Shown piece by piece: positions 48,440 through 59,229 of a DNA stretch of 64,000 nt. The DNA lies in the IMG/VR virus record IMGVR_UViG_3300032007_000068, positions 1 to 64,000 of that record, one strand, 5' to 3'. The stretch's first letter is position 1. Each line of letters begins with the position of its first letter. The notes under the pieces were generated by a model. It was not told the DNA's origin, ran no database searches, and saw only the letters and a program-made list of their open reading frames with translations. The DNA is from a virus. Its lineage: Duplodnaviria; Caudoviricetes. Both the position numbers and the translations under genes were made by a program.

Positions 48440-51400
48440 TATTCCATCACCCCGACGTGCTTGGTTCTATCGTGTACTTCAGCTTGTTTGCCAAGATTAA
48501 ATGCGCTAGTGTAGTCACCAGTTAAATAACCCGTTACTCGACGTAATTGCTGGATATGGGTGCTGCCGCAGACAGGACATTTATCATTAAACTCACCTGT
48601 GTATCCGCATTCCAGGCAAGTATCATTCGGTACATTTAAAGCAAAATACGGTATATCGTGGTCCATTGCGTAATTAACTAGAACTTCCAAGGCGTCAATG
48701 TTATTCTGCATGCCGCTAGGAAGCTCAACATATGTAATACAACCCGCATTAGAATATCCGGTTAGTTGACTTTCAATATCTATTTTATCAAAAGGCGAGA
48801 TTTGGTGCCACACTGGAACGTGCATGGAGTTCGTAAAGTACTCTCTATCACTAACATTAGGTATAATTCCATACTTCTTGCGGAAAGCTTTAAGAGCCGT
48901 ATAGGCAAGATTCTCGGCCGGAGTATAATACACTCCAAAATTAAGATGCTCTTGTTGTTTAAATTCAGCGCACCTAATATTAAAGAGCTATTCAATTTTC
49001 TTAGCGAGTTCCATTCCCTCTGGTGTAGTATGGTCGGTACCAATAAGGATTTGGAGTGCTTCAGCCAGCCCTAATTGTCCAATAACTAGCGTAAAGTGAC
49101 GCATAACGCTCCGTACGGTCTTGCCATCAAAGCCTATGCCTAAACCATTTTCATACATAAATTTTGCACTCTCAACAGGTTGCGAGCATATGTATTCATA
49201 TCGTTCTATTAGCATATCTTTAGCTTCGTGGATTTTTTTATCAAGAAGCTCCATAAAAATTGCAATAGTTTTATCTTCTGATTTCTCAGTATAAGTATCC
49301 GCAAGTTCTTCTGCTTCCATCGCTATAGTAGGCAGAATAATAGTGACGGGACAACAGTTTCCTCGGCCATCTTTAGTCTGCGGATTTGTGCCGGGGTCCG
49401 CGTTGATGTCGGCACCATTGCTGGTCCTACACCCCATTGTGCTAAAGTAGGTCTTCGGGTCAGTTGGGTCATAGCCCGCGTTAACTGACCAATCTACATT
49501 TGCGTAGTTGGGATAGAGGCGAAGCGCAGTAGATTTAAGAGCAAGTCTGTATAAATCATAGTTAGGTTCGCCTGGTTTGCGGTTGACCCCTTTCATACAC
49601 TGGAAAATTCCACACCTTAATACCGTTCCTTTCGGAATACTTTAACACTCTTTATTTCAAGAGTCGGAGTAGACTATATCATCATCTATTAAATAATAGA
49701 TGCAAGGCACTTCGATACATATCGCTATGTATCTACTCCCTCTCGGGATAGTCGTTAGACCTTATATTTAATCACACATAAACACTTTATCTTCACAAAT
49801 AGTTTTTCCTTCTTGCATATAGCGCCAAAAAGTAGAAAGTGAATATCCATATGCCTGCGCAGCTTTTGTATAAGAAGGATAGGTTTCTAAAAGCTCTCCA
49901 GTTAAAGAATAAACTTTAATATTATGTCCTTCTGCGTCACCAATTCTCTCATGGCGATTGTTGTAAGCATTATTATATGCTACTGTACACCATTCAAGAT
50001 TTTCAACAGTATTATTAGAAGGATTTTCATCTTTATGATTTATAACTGGCAAATTGTTTGGATTAGGCAAGAAAGCTTCTGCGACAAGCCTATGCACGAA
50101 TTGACGATTCTTCTTACCTGCTTCTACCAATGTCACTCGCAAATGCCCATCCCGCGTAACCTCTGGAATTAAGAGACGTTCCTTATAGTGTCGTGGTCCA
50201 GTTGCAGTATTTATTATTCGATCATTTGCTCGCACTCGACCGAGATTACTTACTGCATAATTATTATTATAAATATTTTTCCATATTTCTTCCATAGGAT
50301 TTCCTCCTTCCTTTAAAGATAGTGTGTGTTAAATATCTTGGCACAGGATTGCCATATCTCTCTCTCTAATGTAAGAGACTTAGGGTTTCCCTGTTAGCAG
50401 AGATATCTCAATGATCATTTCCTATCATATTTTATCTCCACACCCGCCTCTGGCGGTTCACCTTGTTTTCAATAATTATTACTAATTAAAGCCCCAGTAG
50501 TTTAGGGAAGATGCTAGTTTTGTGCAACTTACCGAGTCCCTCTATAGACACTTCAAGCAAGGCTTTTGTTACCATACGGCCCTCTATGAGAGTGCAAGTA
50601 CCGTAGTTGATAGAGGTAAAAGGTAACTAGTTCCCCGACCTGGACTGGAGTGTATTGAGGTTGTGCGCTAGGCCTTCCGCCGCTTGATGGATTTCTTTTT
50701 CAGTCATCCTTAAAGCATAATTATAAACTTTCGCGTCATATGCTTTCCATTCTGCATCTTCAATACTATAATCTTCTATGTCATCTAACATATAAGTAAT
50801 CTCATAATCTATTTCATCAAGCGACTTATTTTCTATATACTACCAGCCATCTTTGTAATGCTTAGCGAAGCTTTTCCGCACATATGGAACCATCGTCCAA
50901 TCCAAATGAGTCGCAGATACGCCACCAAACTACTAAAGGCTTTGGAGTTGGAATATGACCGCAACGAGCTGGAATGCTGTATTTACCGAACCGGCTGGCC
51001 GCACGTCGGTTTGACGGGTGTTAAATCCTTCAGCCAGTAACTTGTCGAAAGGGATAGATAAACAGTTATGAGAGCCAACTGGGTATGCGCTTAAGTCATG
51101 GATATAAATTTCATTATTTTCGTGATTGCGCCGCGCCATCGGAGACACGCAGTACTCCAAAGCGTACTTTTTCATTTGTAAATCACTAGCCGCTCCGACT
51201 CTACCGCCAAATGACCGCTCATCTACGTTAGCATTTTGGTTCTCTACATCAGTAGCCTCGATTTTAGATTTTAGCGCTTCAATAAAATCATTCTGACTAT
51301 TCCTCGCGGCTTCTCTTTTATAACGGTAACGGATATATGCCTTAGCTACATCTGGTCTTTCTGAAGCCATTAAAAATTGCTCGACTAAGTCCTAAATAGT

Positions 51401-51583
51401 TTCAACCGTAAGTGGAGTGGGATTAGCAAGAGCAACTAAGTATATTTCATCTGCTATATCTTTGGCAGTATCATCTTCATAAAGCTACCTATCAACTTCA
51501 ATAAAAGCTTTATTTATTGCAGTAATAATCTTCTCTTTATCAAATTCAATAATATCACCATTTCTTTTCTATATCAATACCAT
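48439..51583 (-). CDS. nrdD: Class III anaerobic ribonucleotide reductase, split by a group I intron (exons 51583-50504 and 49614-48439; ~751 aa)
   Basis: N-terminal ATP cone (I[Q]KRNG..EFDKEKI), HNCLS, QSL[QQ]FGG, GN[Q]LPFTSINYG, junction TSIFP|CGIFQ, MGCRT, TPAENL, Zn ribbon CLECG...CPVCG and glycyl-radical motif RRVTGYL. Confidence 0.93.
49615..50503 (-). mobile_element. Group I intron in nrdD (889 nt) carrying an HNH homing endonuclease
   Basis: Exon ends in TTCCCT and intron ends in AAGG. P7 GACTAT (49753-49748) / ATAGTC (49677-49672). Removal restores the frame. Confidence 0.9.
49768..50295 (-). CDS. NUMOD4-HNH homing endonuclease (175 aa, no TAG)
   Basis: WKNI...YAVSNLGRVR, VHRLVAEAFLPNP..LPVINHKDENPSNN.VENLEW. 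Confidence 0.9.
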   Translation of the reverse strand: MEEIWKNIYNNNYAVSNLGRVRANDRIINTATGPRHYKERLLIPEVTRDGHLRVTLVEAGKKNRQFVHRLVAEAFLPNPNNLPVINHKDENPSNNTVENLEWCTVAYNNAYNNRHERIGDAEGHNIKVYSLTGELLETYPSYTKAAQAYGYSLSTFWRYMQEGKTICEDKVFMCD

Positions 51584-51610
51584 ATTTTGAATTAAACCTC
51601 CTTGGCACAA

Positions 51611-51648
51611 ATATGGATATACAATTTCTTAGAACTGTATATCCATAT
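51611..51648. promoter_or_regulatory. 13-bp inverted repeat directly upstream of the nrdD RBS
   Basis: ATATGGATATACA-12 nt-TGTATATCCATAT. Confidence 0.5.
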
Positions 51649-51668
51649 ATAATGAAAAAACTTGTAGA

Positions 51669-52226
51669 TTAATTATCCCAATGCGCCCGCAATCCATTAG
51701 CAATATATTCGACGATAGCTTCAAACTCTTCTAAAGAATTATTGAACAAGAGCGTATAAGTAATATCACTCAAATCTGCGAAGTCAGCTTCATCGGTGCC
51801 AAAACGCCGTATAATTTCGTATACGTTAGGTTGTTCTTCCCTATTTAGCTGCCGCAAAAGCCGTGCTTTATCATTGGCTACTAAATAAATAGTAATTAAC
51901 TCAATATCACGACGTTCCATTAAATTGCGGACGCCATTTGGGCTAAAAACTCCAATATTTATCTTGTCTGGTGATAGAGTATGCGCGGCTGTGCCATAAT
52001 GCCAGTTATTAAAAACGGTTTGTTCTAGTAAGTCAGCCGCCGCGAACTCTTCTTCGGTTACAAAGAAGTAGTCTCGTCCTTCTTTTTCATTGGCTCTTGG
52101 TGGGCGGGTGGTGCAAGAAATTAAAGCGTTAAAGTAATGTGGCATATAACTAACCACATTCTTTAACAAAGTATCTTTGCCGCACCCGGCTTTCCCCATA
52201 ATTGCTATAATTTTATATTTCTGCAT
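51669..52226 (-). CDS. gmk: Guanylate kinase-like protein (185 aa, no TAG)
   Basis: P-loop GKAGCGKDT, ISCTTRPPR.NEKEGRDYFFV, WHYGT. Confidence 0.82.
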   Translation of the reverse strand: MQKYKIIAIMGKAGCGKDTLLKNVVSYMPHYFNALISCTTRPPRANEKEGRDYFFVTEEEFAAADLLEQTVFNNWHYGTAAHTLSPDKINIGVFSPNGVRNLMERRDIELITIYLVANDKARLLRQLNREEQPNVYEIIRRFGTDEADFADLSDITYTLLFNNSLEEFEAIVEYIANGLRAHWDN

Positions 52227-55200
52227 CTTCTTCCTCTTCTCCTGGTATTCGTTCACTTCTTAATTGTAAATCTCCATTTGGCAGAATACCATCAATTTTA
52301 TATAATTGGTGCATACCACTTGCGGCGTATTTTTTAGGGATAAAATTATCACCACGACGGATACCTTGTATTAATATCATTTGCCCCTTATTAAACCAAC
52401 TACGCTCTAGAACAGTTTTACTACCATCTTCGTTTTTGCGGAATATTTGCCTATCAAATAAAGCGAAATATTCTTTTCTGAACTTAACAGTAACTACTCC
52501 ATCTGTGGTTAATAAAGAAACATTTCCCTTATTTTTATCTTTTGCTATACAAGTGCCTATAATAAAACTTAATTTATAAATAGGAACAGTAAAATCACCG
52601 CGCTTAAAAGTTTTTTCTACAATAGGCTCTTCTGGTAATTTATTAAAGGGGACAATATTATATTTGCGGGTGTTGGTATCTTTAAGTTCATGGTCGTGAT
52701 AATAAAAACATAACGCATCCATTTCCCAAGCGGAAAGATTGCCGCGTCCTTTATATTTATTCCAATCGCTCATAAAAATGGTTTCATTTAAGCTATCTAA
52801 AACGGCTTGTGGGTCTGCCTTTATCCAGGCTCGAAATACATCCATATATGATTGATATACTTTATCCCAAGCTTTAATATCTAAATACATATTAGTATTA
52901 TCAGTTTCTAATAAAGTGTCACAATCTATTTTTGCAAGAAAATCTATAGCGCGAGTATCTAATTGATATTTATTAGCTCGCATTGAGTGCTTACACTCTA
53001 CTTTTAAATACTTATTAAATTCATATACCCGTAAAGCCATTTGCTGTTCTTCTGTATCTTGCGGGAGTAGCCCATATCGTATTAAACCTGGCATATTTTG
53101 AAGCGTTACACGCGACTTTTTATCGCACGTATGCCAAATAAATTCTACCAAAGTGCGCGCCCTGTCTTGAAAGCTATCAAAAGCACCGCCCTTTATAAGC
53201 ATTATCATAGCTGTTTTATTAGGTTTTACTTTTTCGTAAAAGTCTAACCAAGATGAATATGGACGATTTTCTATGATACTTTGAACTACTTCTTCTCCCA
53301 CGTTGCTAATACCTTTTAAACCATATAGTATTCGGTTATGTGCAACTTCAGGGTAAAATGTATAACTTGACTCGTTGATATCAGGCGGATAAATGGTAAC
53401 ACCCGCCGCAATCATATGCCCCATAGCTTGTGCCATTTTTCCGTATTTAGCACCTTTGTTGTTAGCATCTTCGAGTTCACCGCCACCAGAGTTAGCTATG
53501 AGACAAGCACAATTCCAAAATATTATCGGAAATCTAAAAGCGAGATTCATTTCTTGTAGGCCTACGAGCGAATAAGCTAGGCAGTGAGAACGGTTAAATG
53601 AGTATCCGCGTTGCGGAGCAAGCAGAGTTTCCCATACATAGCGAACCAATGCGGGGGAACAACCCTTTTCTTTTGCGTTGCGGTAATACGTCTCCTGACA
53701 CTCATCAAATAATTTTCCGATTTTCTTAGCTAGCGCCTTGCGACATTGGTCAGCAAAGGTTAACGTATTGCCACCTAACCGTTCGTCTTGGACTAGGCTC
53801 ATGAGCCCTTCTTGGGACTCACACATCCCGTCTGTGCAGGCGTCATGGTGAGATAACCAACTGATTTCATCGGCAGTTAAACCCGCCTGCCGCATTTCGT
53901 TGTACCATTGATTAATATCTCGTCTATATCTTGCCCACATTTGGAGTGGTTGTTCAGCGCCTTTCTCTGGAGCCATTAGACGAATAACTGAATTTAAAAC
54001 AGTTAGGTCATTAAGATTTTTTGGTTTAATTAAAGCTATACCTTGAATACCACTTTCTTTTTCCATCTGAAACAAATCCTGAATTTCATGGTTCCAAATC
54101 ATCTGCCACATTTTAGGGTCTTTGCGCTCTAAGTTGTATATACCTATTGTTTTTTCGTATGTTTCTTTTAGAGTAGCGCCAGGTTTTATATAATTTTGTT
54201 CGATGAGTAGGTCTAAACACTGGTGAATCTTATCAAGGCAGTTTACCGAAAGAAGGTCTATCTTAATCAAACCAGCAGCCTCAGCGTCGTGTAACTCATA
54301 ACTAGTTACTACGTCGCCATTGGGCGCCCGCATTAAGGAAGTAGCATTCGTGAATGGCTCATCTACAAAAATTACTCCACCCGCGTGTTCTCCCACTGAA
54401 CAAATTACGTATAATCTAACATTTCTGTTAGTACTGACTATATCTTAACTCTATTCATAAATGAATAGACAACACCCGTTTCGGTTTTCATGCGCTTCGT
54501 TGCCTAAAACGCAGGTACGTATTAATAGTACCCCTACTGGCAGCTTAACCTGCCATAGTCGATACAGGCTCATTTTCGATCTTTTGGTCTAATAGGATAG
54601 ATGCGGTCTTTCTCATAGTAATTTTTACCGGAATTAATTCTAGATACACAAGAAGCATCACAAGAAACCAAATTCGCTATTTCTTTATTATTTAATTGAT
54701 TTTCTTCTAGTAGCTATTTAATCCATTCAGCTTTTTCTTTAAACTTTTTTTGTTCTTTGGTTTCTGGCCGAATAGGATAAGTTAAATTTGGCTATTTATT
54801 ATGACGTCCCATATTAATTGCTGAAACTTGTCCAACGTTAGTATTAGTTAATTCGGCTATTTCAGTATTTTTATATCCTTGTTGTAATAAAAGAATAATC
54901 TCTTGTATCTATTCTTCAGAAAGGAAATTTTTATTATTTGTTCTAATAGGATATTCATTATCGTTTAATAGTCGATATTTTGTACCAGCATTAATTTGAT
55001 TTACCGTACTAGCAGAGATATTAAACTATTTAGCTATTTCTGTTTGAGGTATTACAGTAGTTTGTAACATCATAATGATTCCTTGCGCCTATTCTTTTGA
55101 TAAAGAACAACGTAAATCCCAATAATTTTCATTGTTTTTTCGTTTCTATCCACCAATAGTTAAATTATATCCATTTCCATTTTTCACATAACTATTTTTT

Positions 55201-57346
55201 TCTTTTATCCAAAACTATTCTCGTGCATCAAGCTATTCTTTATCTTCTACTTCTTCTAAAATTACTAATTCAAAATTATCAATGCCGTATTCTCGTATTT
55301 TTTGGTGAAACAGGCAACTATAATCTGAAGCTTTTTCATGTGTAGCACCAGATAAATGTAAACGATGCCGTTCTTTTAATGGCATAGTAGTTTGTCCTAC
55401 ATACCACTTATTATTAGTTTTGTTCCTATAGCCATAAATATAATTCATAATGCTATCATCTCCTTCATATTATGTGAAAATGTTAGCATCTCTTTTAAAC
55501 ATTTTTGACCAAAAGTTCTAAAAAGTTCCCACGGAATTACCTTGCCTTTAAAAGTTTAGGTTTTCCCGTTAGCATATAAAAATTTTATATACCCCTAATT
55601 ATATATTAGGTAAGGGTGTTTGATAGGACCAATCTTATAGTGATCCCTCTATTTCACTAGCTACTTGCCACAACTCTTTATATTCTTTCATTGCTTGAAC
55701 AAAAGGCGCAACAGGTTTAAATCCCTTTTCTTCATCACCGTAATAACATTCGTGTAAAGTGCGGGTTTGGCCTCTGTCTGCGGGGACGAGAGAGGCAATA
55801 TACAAAGATATATCATTATCTATTCCCAAACCTCTCGCCGCGGTCTGAATTGCGGATTTTGCTTTCTCTGTATGGAAAGTAATAACATTGGCTACTCTAT
55901 CTTCGCCATAATAGTCTTTTAATGCTTGTAGTACGATGGGGCGACGGGCTGACTCTATATCGGTGTCAATGTCAAGTACGCTGACACGGTCAGGGTTGAG
56001 AAACCTCCACGCATAAGTTCGTGTCTCCTCCCAGAGAGGATTAATCTGTATGACATCCAAGATGTACAGTAAAAGGAAACCTACCCCAGAGCCTCTACCC
56101 GGTCCTACTAGCGTTCCTGCGTCCCAACACACTTGAATATTATTTTGAAGGTTTAAAAAGTAAGCTGACCATCTTGCGTTATTAACTTCTGAACTTTGCC
56201 AAGTGGTTTCAAGATTATTATTTAATTCATTATATATTTCTGGAGCTTGTAATCTTTCATCAGATAATAATTTGTCAACAATAGCAAGAGCAAGAACTCT
56301 GTCACTTTGATGCGGAGACTCATAAAAAATTTGTAATTGCGGGATGCGCTGGAACCATACTTTCTCTATTGCTGTAATATTTGGAATTTTCCATTTTAAA
56401 GCTGGGATTTTTAAAGGTTTTAATAAGCTATAATCTTCACAACTGCTACGAATTGTTAAAATATTCTCATAGGCTTTATTAAGCTGCTCTTTTGTAAAGT
56501 AAGGAAAGTAACTTTCAAGTTCCTCTGTACCCATCATATAAGTAGAGGCATAAAACTCGTCGACTTCCCTTTCTCCTTCTTGCGCGGTTAGGAAAGCTTT
56601 ATGAATGGGGCGGTCGGTCTTGCGCAGATAATGGCTATCAGTGGTTATGATATATGGAATTTTTAACTGATTAGACAGCTCCACTAAAACTTGGTTAACA
56701 TAAATTTGGTCGCTATTATAAGAAGGTTGCATTTCTAAATAAAAATTATCTGTGCCAAAAATAGATTGCATCCAAGTACACCAAGTCATAATATTATTCT
56801 TATAATCTACAGCTTCTTGTCCCTGGAGTGTTTTTAATTTGAGAATTTTAGTAGCAAGAAATCCGCCTAGACAAGCGGTACTGCCAATTATATGGCCCGG
56901 GTTCGTACCAATAATTTCTTCTATGTCTTGGTAATAAGTAGGAACCCGTGCCATATTAAAAGATTTATAGGAACGAAGAAAAGCTCTGGTAGATAATTCC
57001 CGCAGTTGCTGATGTCCAACAGCGTCTTTAGCCAGAAGAATAAAGTGGAAATATTTATCTTCACCGCGCACGTAGTTAGAAGCGTCAAGCCCATCCCGCA
57101 CTAGATATATCTCATTTCCTAAGATGACTTTAAAATCTGGGTGCTCTTGTTTAATTTTTGTATAGTATTGTTCTACTTTTATATGGCTACTTAAACATTC
57201 ATGCTCGGTAATTGCAATAACTTGATGCCCCAATTCAATCGCATAGTCTATTAATGTATTATAACGATTAATACTATCTCGAAGGCGTGTATTGCTATAA
57301 TCTGTGTGGTTCAGTTATGAAGACTTCCTGGATAAGGTATCTTCAC
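52213..57346 (-). CDS. dnaE: DNA polymerase III alpha subunit (C family), split by a group I intron (exons 57346-55643 and 54407-52213), with a 5-nt insertion at 57309-57313
   Basis: PHP domain (YPGSLHN/HTDYS, ITEHE, ILGNEIY, TTDSHY), GPGRGSG, LDIDTD, junction EIEG-L-ICSVGEHAGGV, IKIDLL, GYSFNRSH, OB fold. No TAG in the two long exon ORFs. Confidence 0.9.
54408..55642 (-). mobile_element. Group I intron in dnaE (1235 nt) carrying a GIY-YIG homing endonuclease
   Basis: Exon ends in GGAT and intron ends in TACG. P7 GACTAT (54560-54555) / ATAGTC (54441-54436). Core resembles terL intron 2. Confidence 0.9.
54570..55448 (-). CDS. Intron-encoded GIY-YIG homing endonuclease (292 aa, many TAG=Gln)
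   Basis: YIYGYRNKTNNKWYVGQT...IREYGIDNF...GYNLT, then repeated YPIR-terminated helix-turn-helix modules; ends at TGA 54572-54570. Confidence 0.88.
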
Positions 57347-57548
57347 TTGGCATTCCCCCTTTCAACTCTTCTGCGGCAGCCTATTCCAATAAATTCATAT
57401 TAGTAGTATCGGTTTTGCAAGTATGGCGATAATGGTTCCAGACTTCCCAGAAATTATGCTCACTTAGCCACTCATAAGACATCTAATTCAAAGAAGGAAA
57501 GGGTTCCATAGAATCAGCAAAACTATTATCTGTCCCAAAAATACTTAT
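57315..57548 (-). CDS. Small hypothetical protein (77 aa; probable ATA start; overlaps the dnaE start)
   Basis: RBS AAGGAGG 8 nt before ATA; two TAGs; ends at TAA at the dnaE insertion site. Confidence 0.4.
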
Positions 57549-57578
57549 GTTCTTCCCCTCCTTTTTTTATATAATAAT

Positions 57579-57607
57579 ATTATAACATATTTACTGAACA
57601 AAATCAA
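57579..57607 (-). promoter_or_regulatory. Sigma70-type promoter for the dnaE-gmk block
   Basis: TTGATT-17 nt-TATAAT with an extended TG. Confidence 0.75.
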
Positions 57608-58254
57608 CTTGCTCGATGTATCCAATGCATGAGAGGTGGGAAACATCCATAGTTAATTAGTGTTTTATTCCACACCAGCCAACAATATGCCTGCGCGGAA
57701 GAGCCAGCGGGTTTTTCGCCGTTCTTCCAACACTGTATTCTATCAATATATTGATAGATCTCACTTGGTGGCTCTTTCGCAAAGATATTTTTATATCTGC
57801 TGGCTCCTTCAAGAGCCTGAGTACGGCAAAGCACAATCAGCTTTTCTTGAGCAATTTCAAGAGCACGAATAAGAAAAGGTTCAAGTGTTGCATAAGGCGG
57901 ATTCATAATGATTATATCTGCTTTATCTATAGGGTAATTATCACCTAAAAAGTCTAAATCGTCGCCATAAAGCAATATTGCTTCATTTGAGTGATAACCG
58001 CGGTCTTGAACATCCGTCCCCGTTGGCTGAGGACACTTATAGTTATTGGCATTAAGATATTGAAGAATGCCGTTCATCATATGACCACCACCAACACAAG
58101 GCTCAAGTATACTTTTATTGGAAAAGTCATACTTTAACGTATTTAATATATTGGTTACTTCGTTAGTGGGAGTAGAATAATAATCCAATTCTGCTCTTTC
58201 TTTATTATTTTTTTTATAAGAGTTATATAATCCTTTGTTGGTATATTGTCCCAT
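57604..58254 (-). CDS. DNA N6-adenine methyltransferase (216 aa, no TAG)
   Basis: DYYSTP, ILEPCVGGG and IIMNPPY. Confidence 0.85.
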   Translation of the reverse strand: MGQYTNKGLYNSYKKNNKERAELDYYSTPTNEVTNILNTLKYDFSNKSILEPCVGGGHMMNGILQYLNANNYKCPQPTGTDVQDRGYHSNEAILLYGDDLDFLGDNYPIDKADIIIMNPPYATLEPFLIRALEIAQEKLIVLCRTQALEGASRYKNIFAKEPPSEIYQYIDRIQCWKNGEKPAGSSAQAYCWLVWNKTLINYGCFPPLMHWIHRAS

Positions 58255-58255
58255 C

Positions 58256-58993
58256 TTATGCTCCTTTGTATTTATATAACCTTTCTACCGCCTTGAAAGT
58301 ATTATCTTTCCCCGCAGTCCTTTTACACTCTCGCTCCCATATTATTTCAAAATCTTCTGGAGCGGTTTGTTCAGAGATAAAAACTGAATTACAACTGCTT
58401 AACTCTCGTACCCAATTCCAGAAATGCTCATAATCCATACGGGGTTCGCTGGCGTAGCCGTAAAATTTAGTGTTCGCATATGGCGGGTCTAAGTAGATTA
58501 CAGCACCAGTTGTGCTAGGGTCAAGTTCCCAATAATTTTGACATTTAAAAATAATACCCTTTAAGTTAGGCGCTTGCTTTTCCATATTACGATAAGCTTC
58601 TTGATAATAATTGCGGGTACTAGAGTTCTTCGCATAGCCTCTAGGAAAACCACCATTACTAAAGCTAGCAAAAAATTCAATAGCACCAACATCAGCAAGA
58701 GACATAGTAGTCAAAGGTTTCCCGTCTTTTACATAAGCTTTGCCTTCATCCCACATTTCTCTATTACCATCTTTTGGAAGCGCTGAAAAATCAAGAGCTG
58801 CTTGATTTAAAAGAGCTATTAAAGTTTCGCTGCGGTCATAGCCATATCTATTATCACAGTTTATTTTATCTATTATATTAGCTCCACCAACAAAACACTC
58901 TATATAAGTATTTGTTTTTGTTTTATCTATCTCGGCCTGTAAAATTGGAACAATGTATTTGGCAAATTTAGCCTTACTTCCCATATAAACCAT
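58256..58993 (-). CDS. D12-class (Dam-like) DNA adenine methyltransferase (245 aa, no TAG)
   Basis: YMGSKAK, YIECFVGGA and IYLDPPY. Confidence 0.88.
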   Translation of the reverse strand: MVYMGSKAKFAKYIVPILQAEIDKTKTNTYIECFVGGANIIDKINCDNRYGYDRSETLIALLNQAALDFSALPKDGNREMWDEGKAYVKDGKPLTTMSLADVGAIEFFASFSNGGFPRGYAKNSSTRNYYQEAYRNMEKQAPNLKGIIFKCQNYWELDPSTTGAVIYLDPPYANTKFYGYASEPRMDYEHFWNWVRELSSCNSVFISEQTAPEDFEIIWERECKRTAGKDNTFKAVERLYKYKGA

Positions 58994-59005
58994 AACTTAT
59001 GTTCC

Positions 59006-59143
59006 TCAAATAGACTTAGCAATCGAAGCTTCTGATTTAGTAATAGTCCGATCGGCTATTGAATAAAGCATATCTTTGGCGGCATCTGCATAAAAATTAT
59101 AATTATTTTCATGATACTGATAATTCGTGGTAATAAGTGCCAT
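59006..59143 (-). CDS. Small hypothetical protein (45 aa)
   Basis: RBS AAGGGGG and ATG directly downstream of a promoter. Confidence 0.45.
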   Translation of the reverse strand: MALITTNYQYHENNYNFYADAAKDMLYSIADRTITKSEASIAKSI

Positions 59144-59173
59144 TTTTAAAACCCCCTTATACTTTCTATAAAT

Positions 59174-59202
59174 ATTATATCATATTTTCTATTAAAAGTA
59201 AA
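59174..59202 (-). promoter_or_regulatory. Sigma70-type promoter for the methyltransferase operon
   Basis: TTTACT-17 nt-TATAAT with an extended TG. Confidence 0.65.
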
Positions 59203-59229
59203 GAGAGAGACATTTAATTTATCTCTCTC
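59203..59229 (-). terminator. Hairpin after the helicase gene
   Basis: GAGAGAGAT...TCTCTCTC-TTTT on the minus strand. Confidence 0.6.

Noticed and set aside
51605-51650. Canonical tandem NrdR boxes upstream of nrdD
   Set aside because: The match to the acaCwAtATaTwGtgt consensus needs gaps; kept only as an inverted repeat.
57311-57313. TGA readthrough as the explanation of the dnaE N-terminal stop
   Set aside because: Readthrough keeps the wrong frame; the downstream PHP motif needs a 5-nt skip or frame change, and TGA acts as a normal stop elsewhere.
52213-57346. Inteins in DnaE, NrdD or TerL
   Set aside because: The insertions have RNA-level group I features and stop codons; no Cys/Ser...His-Asn intein boundaries were seen.
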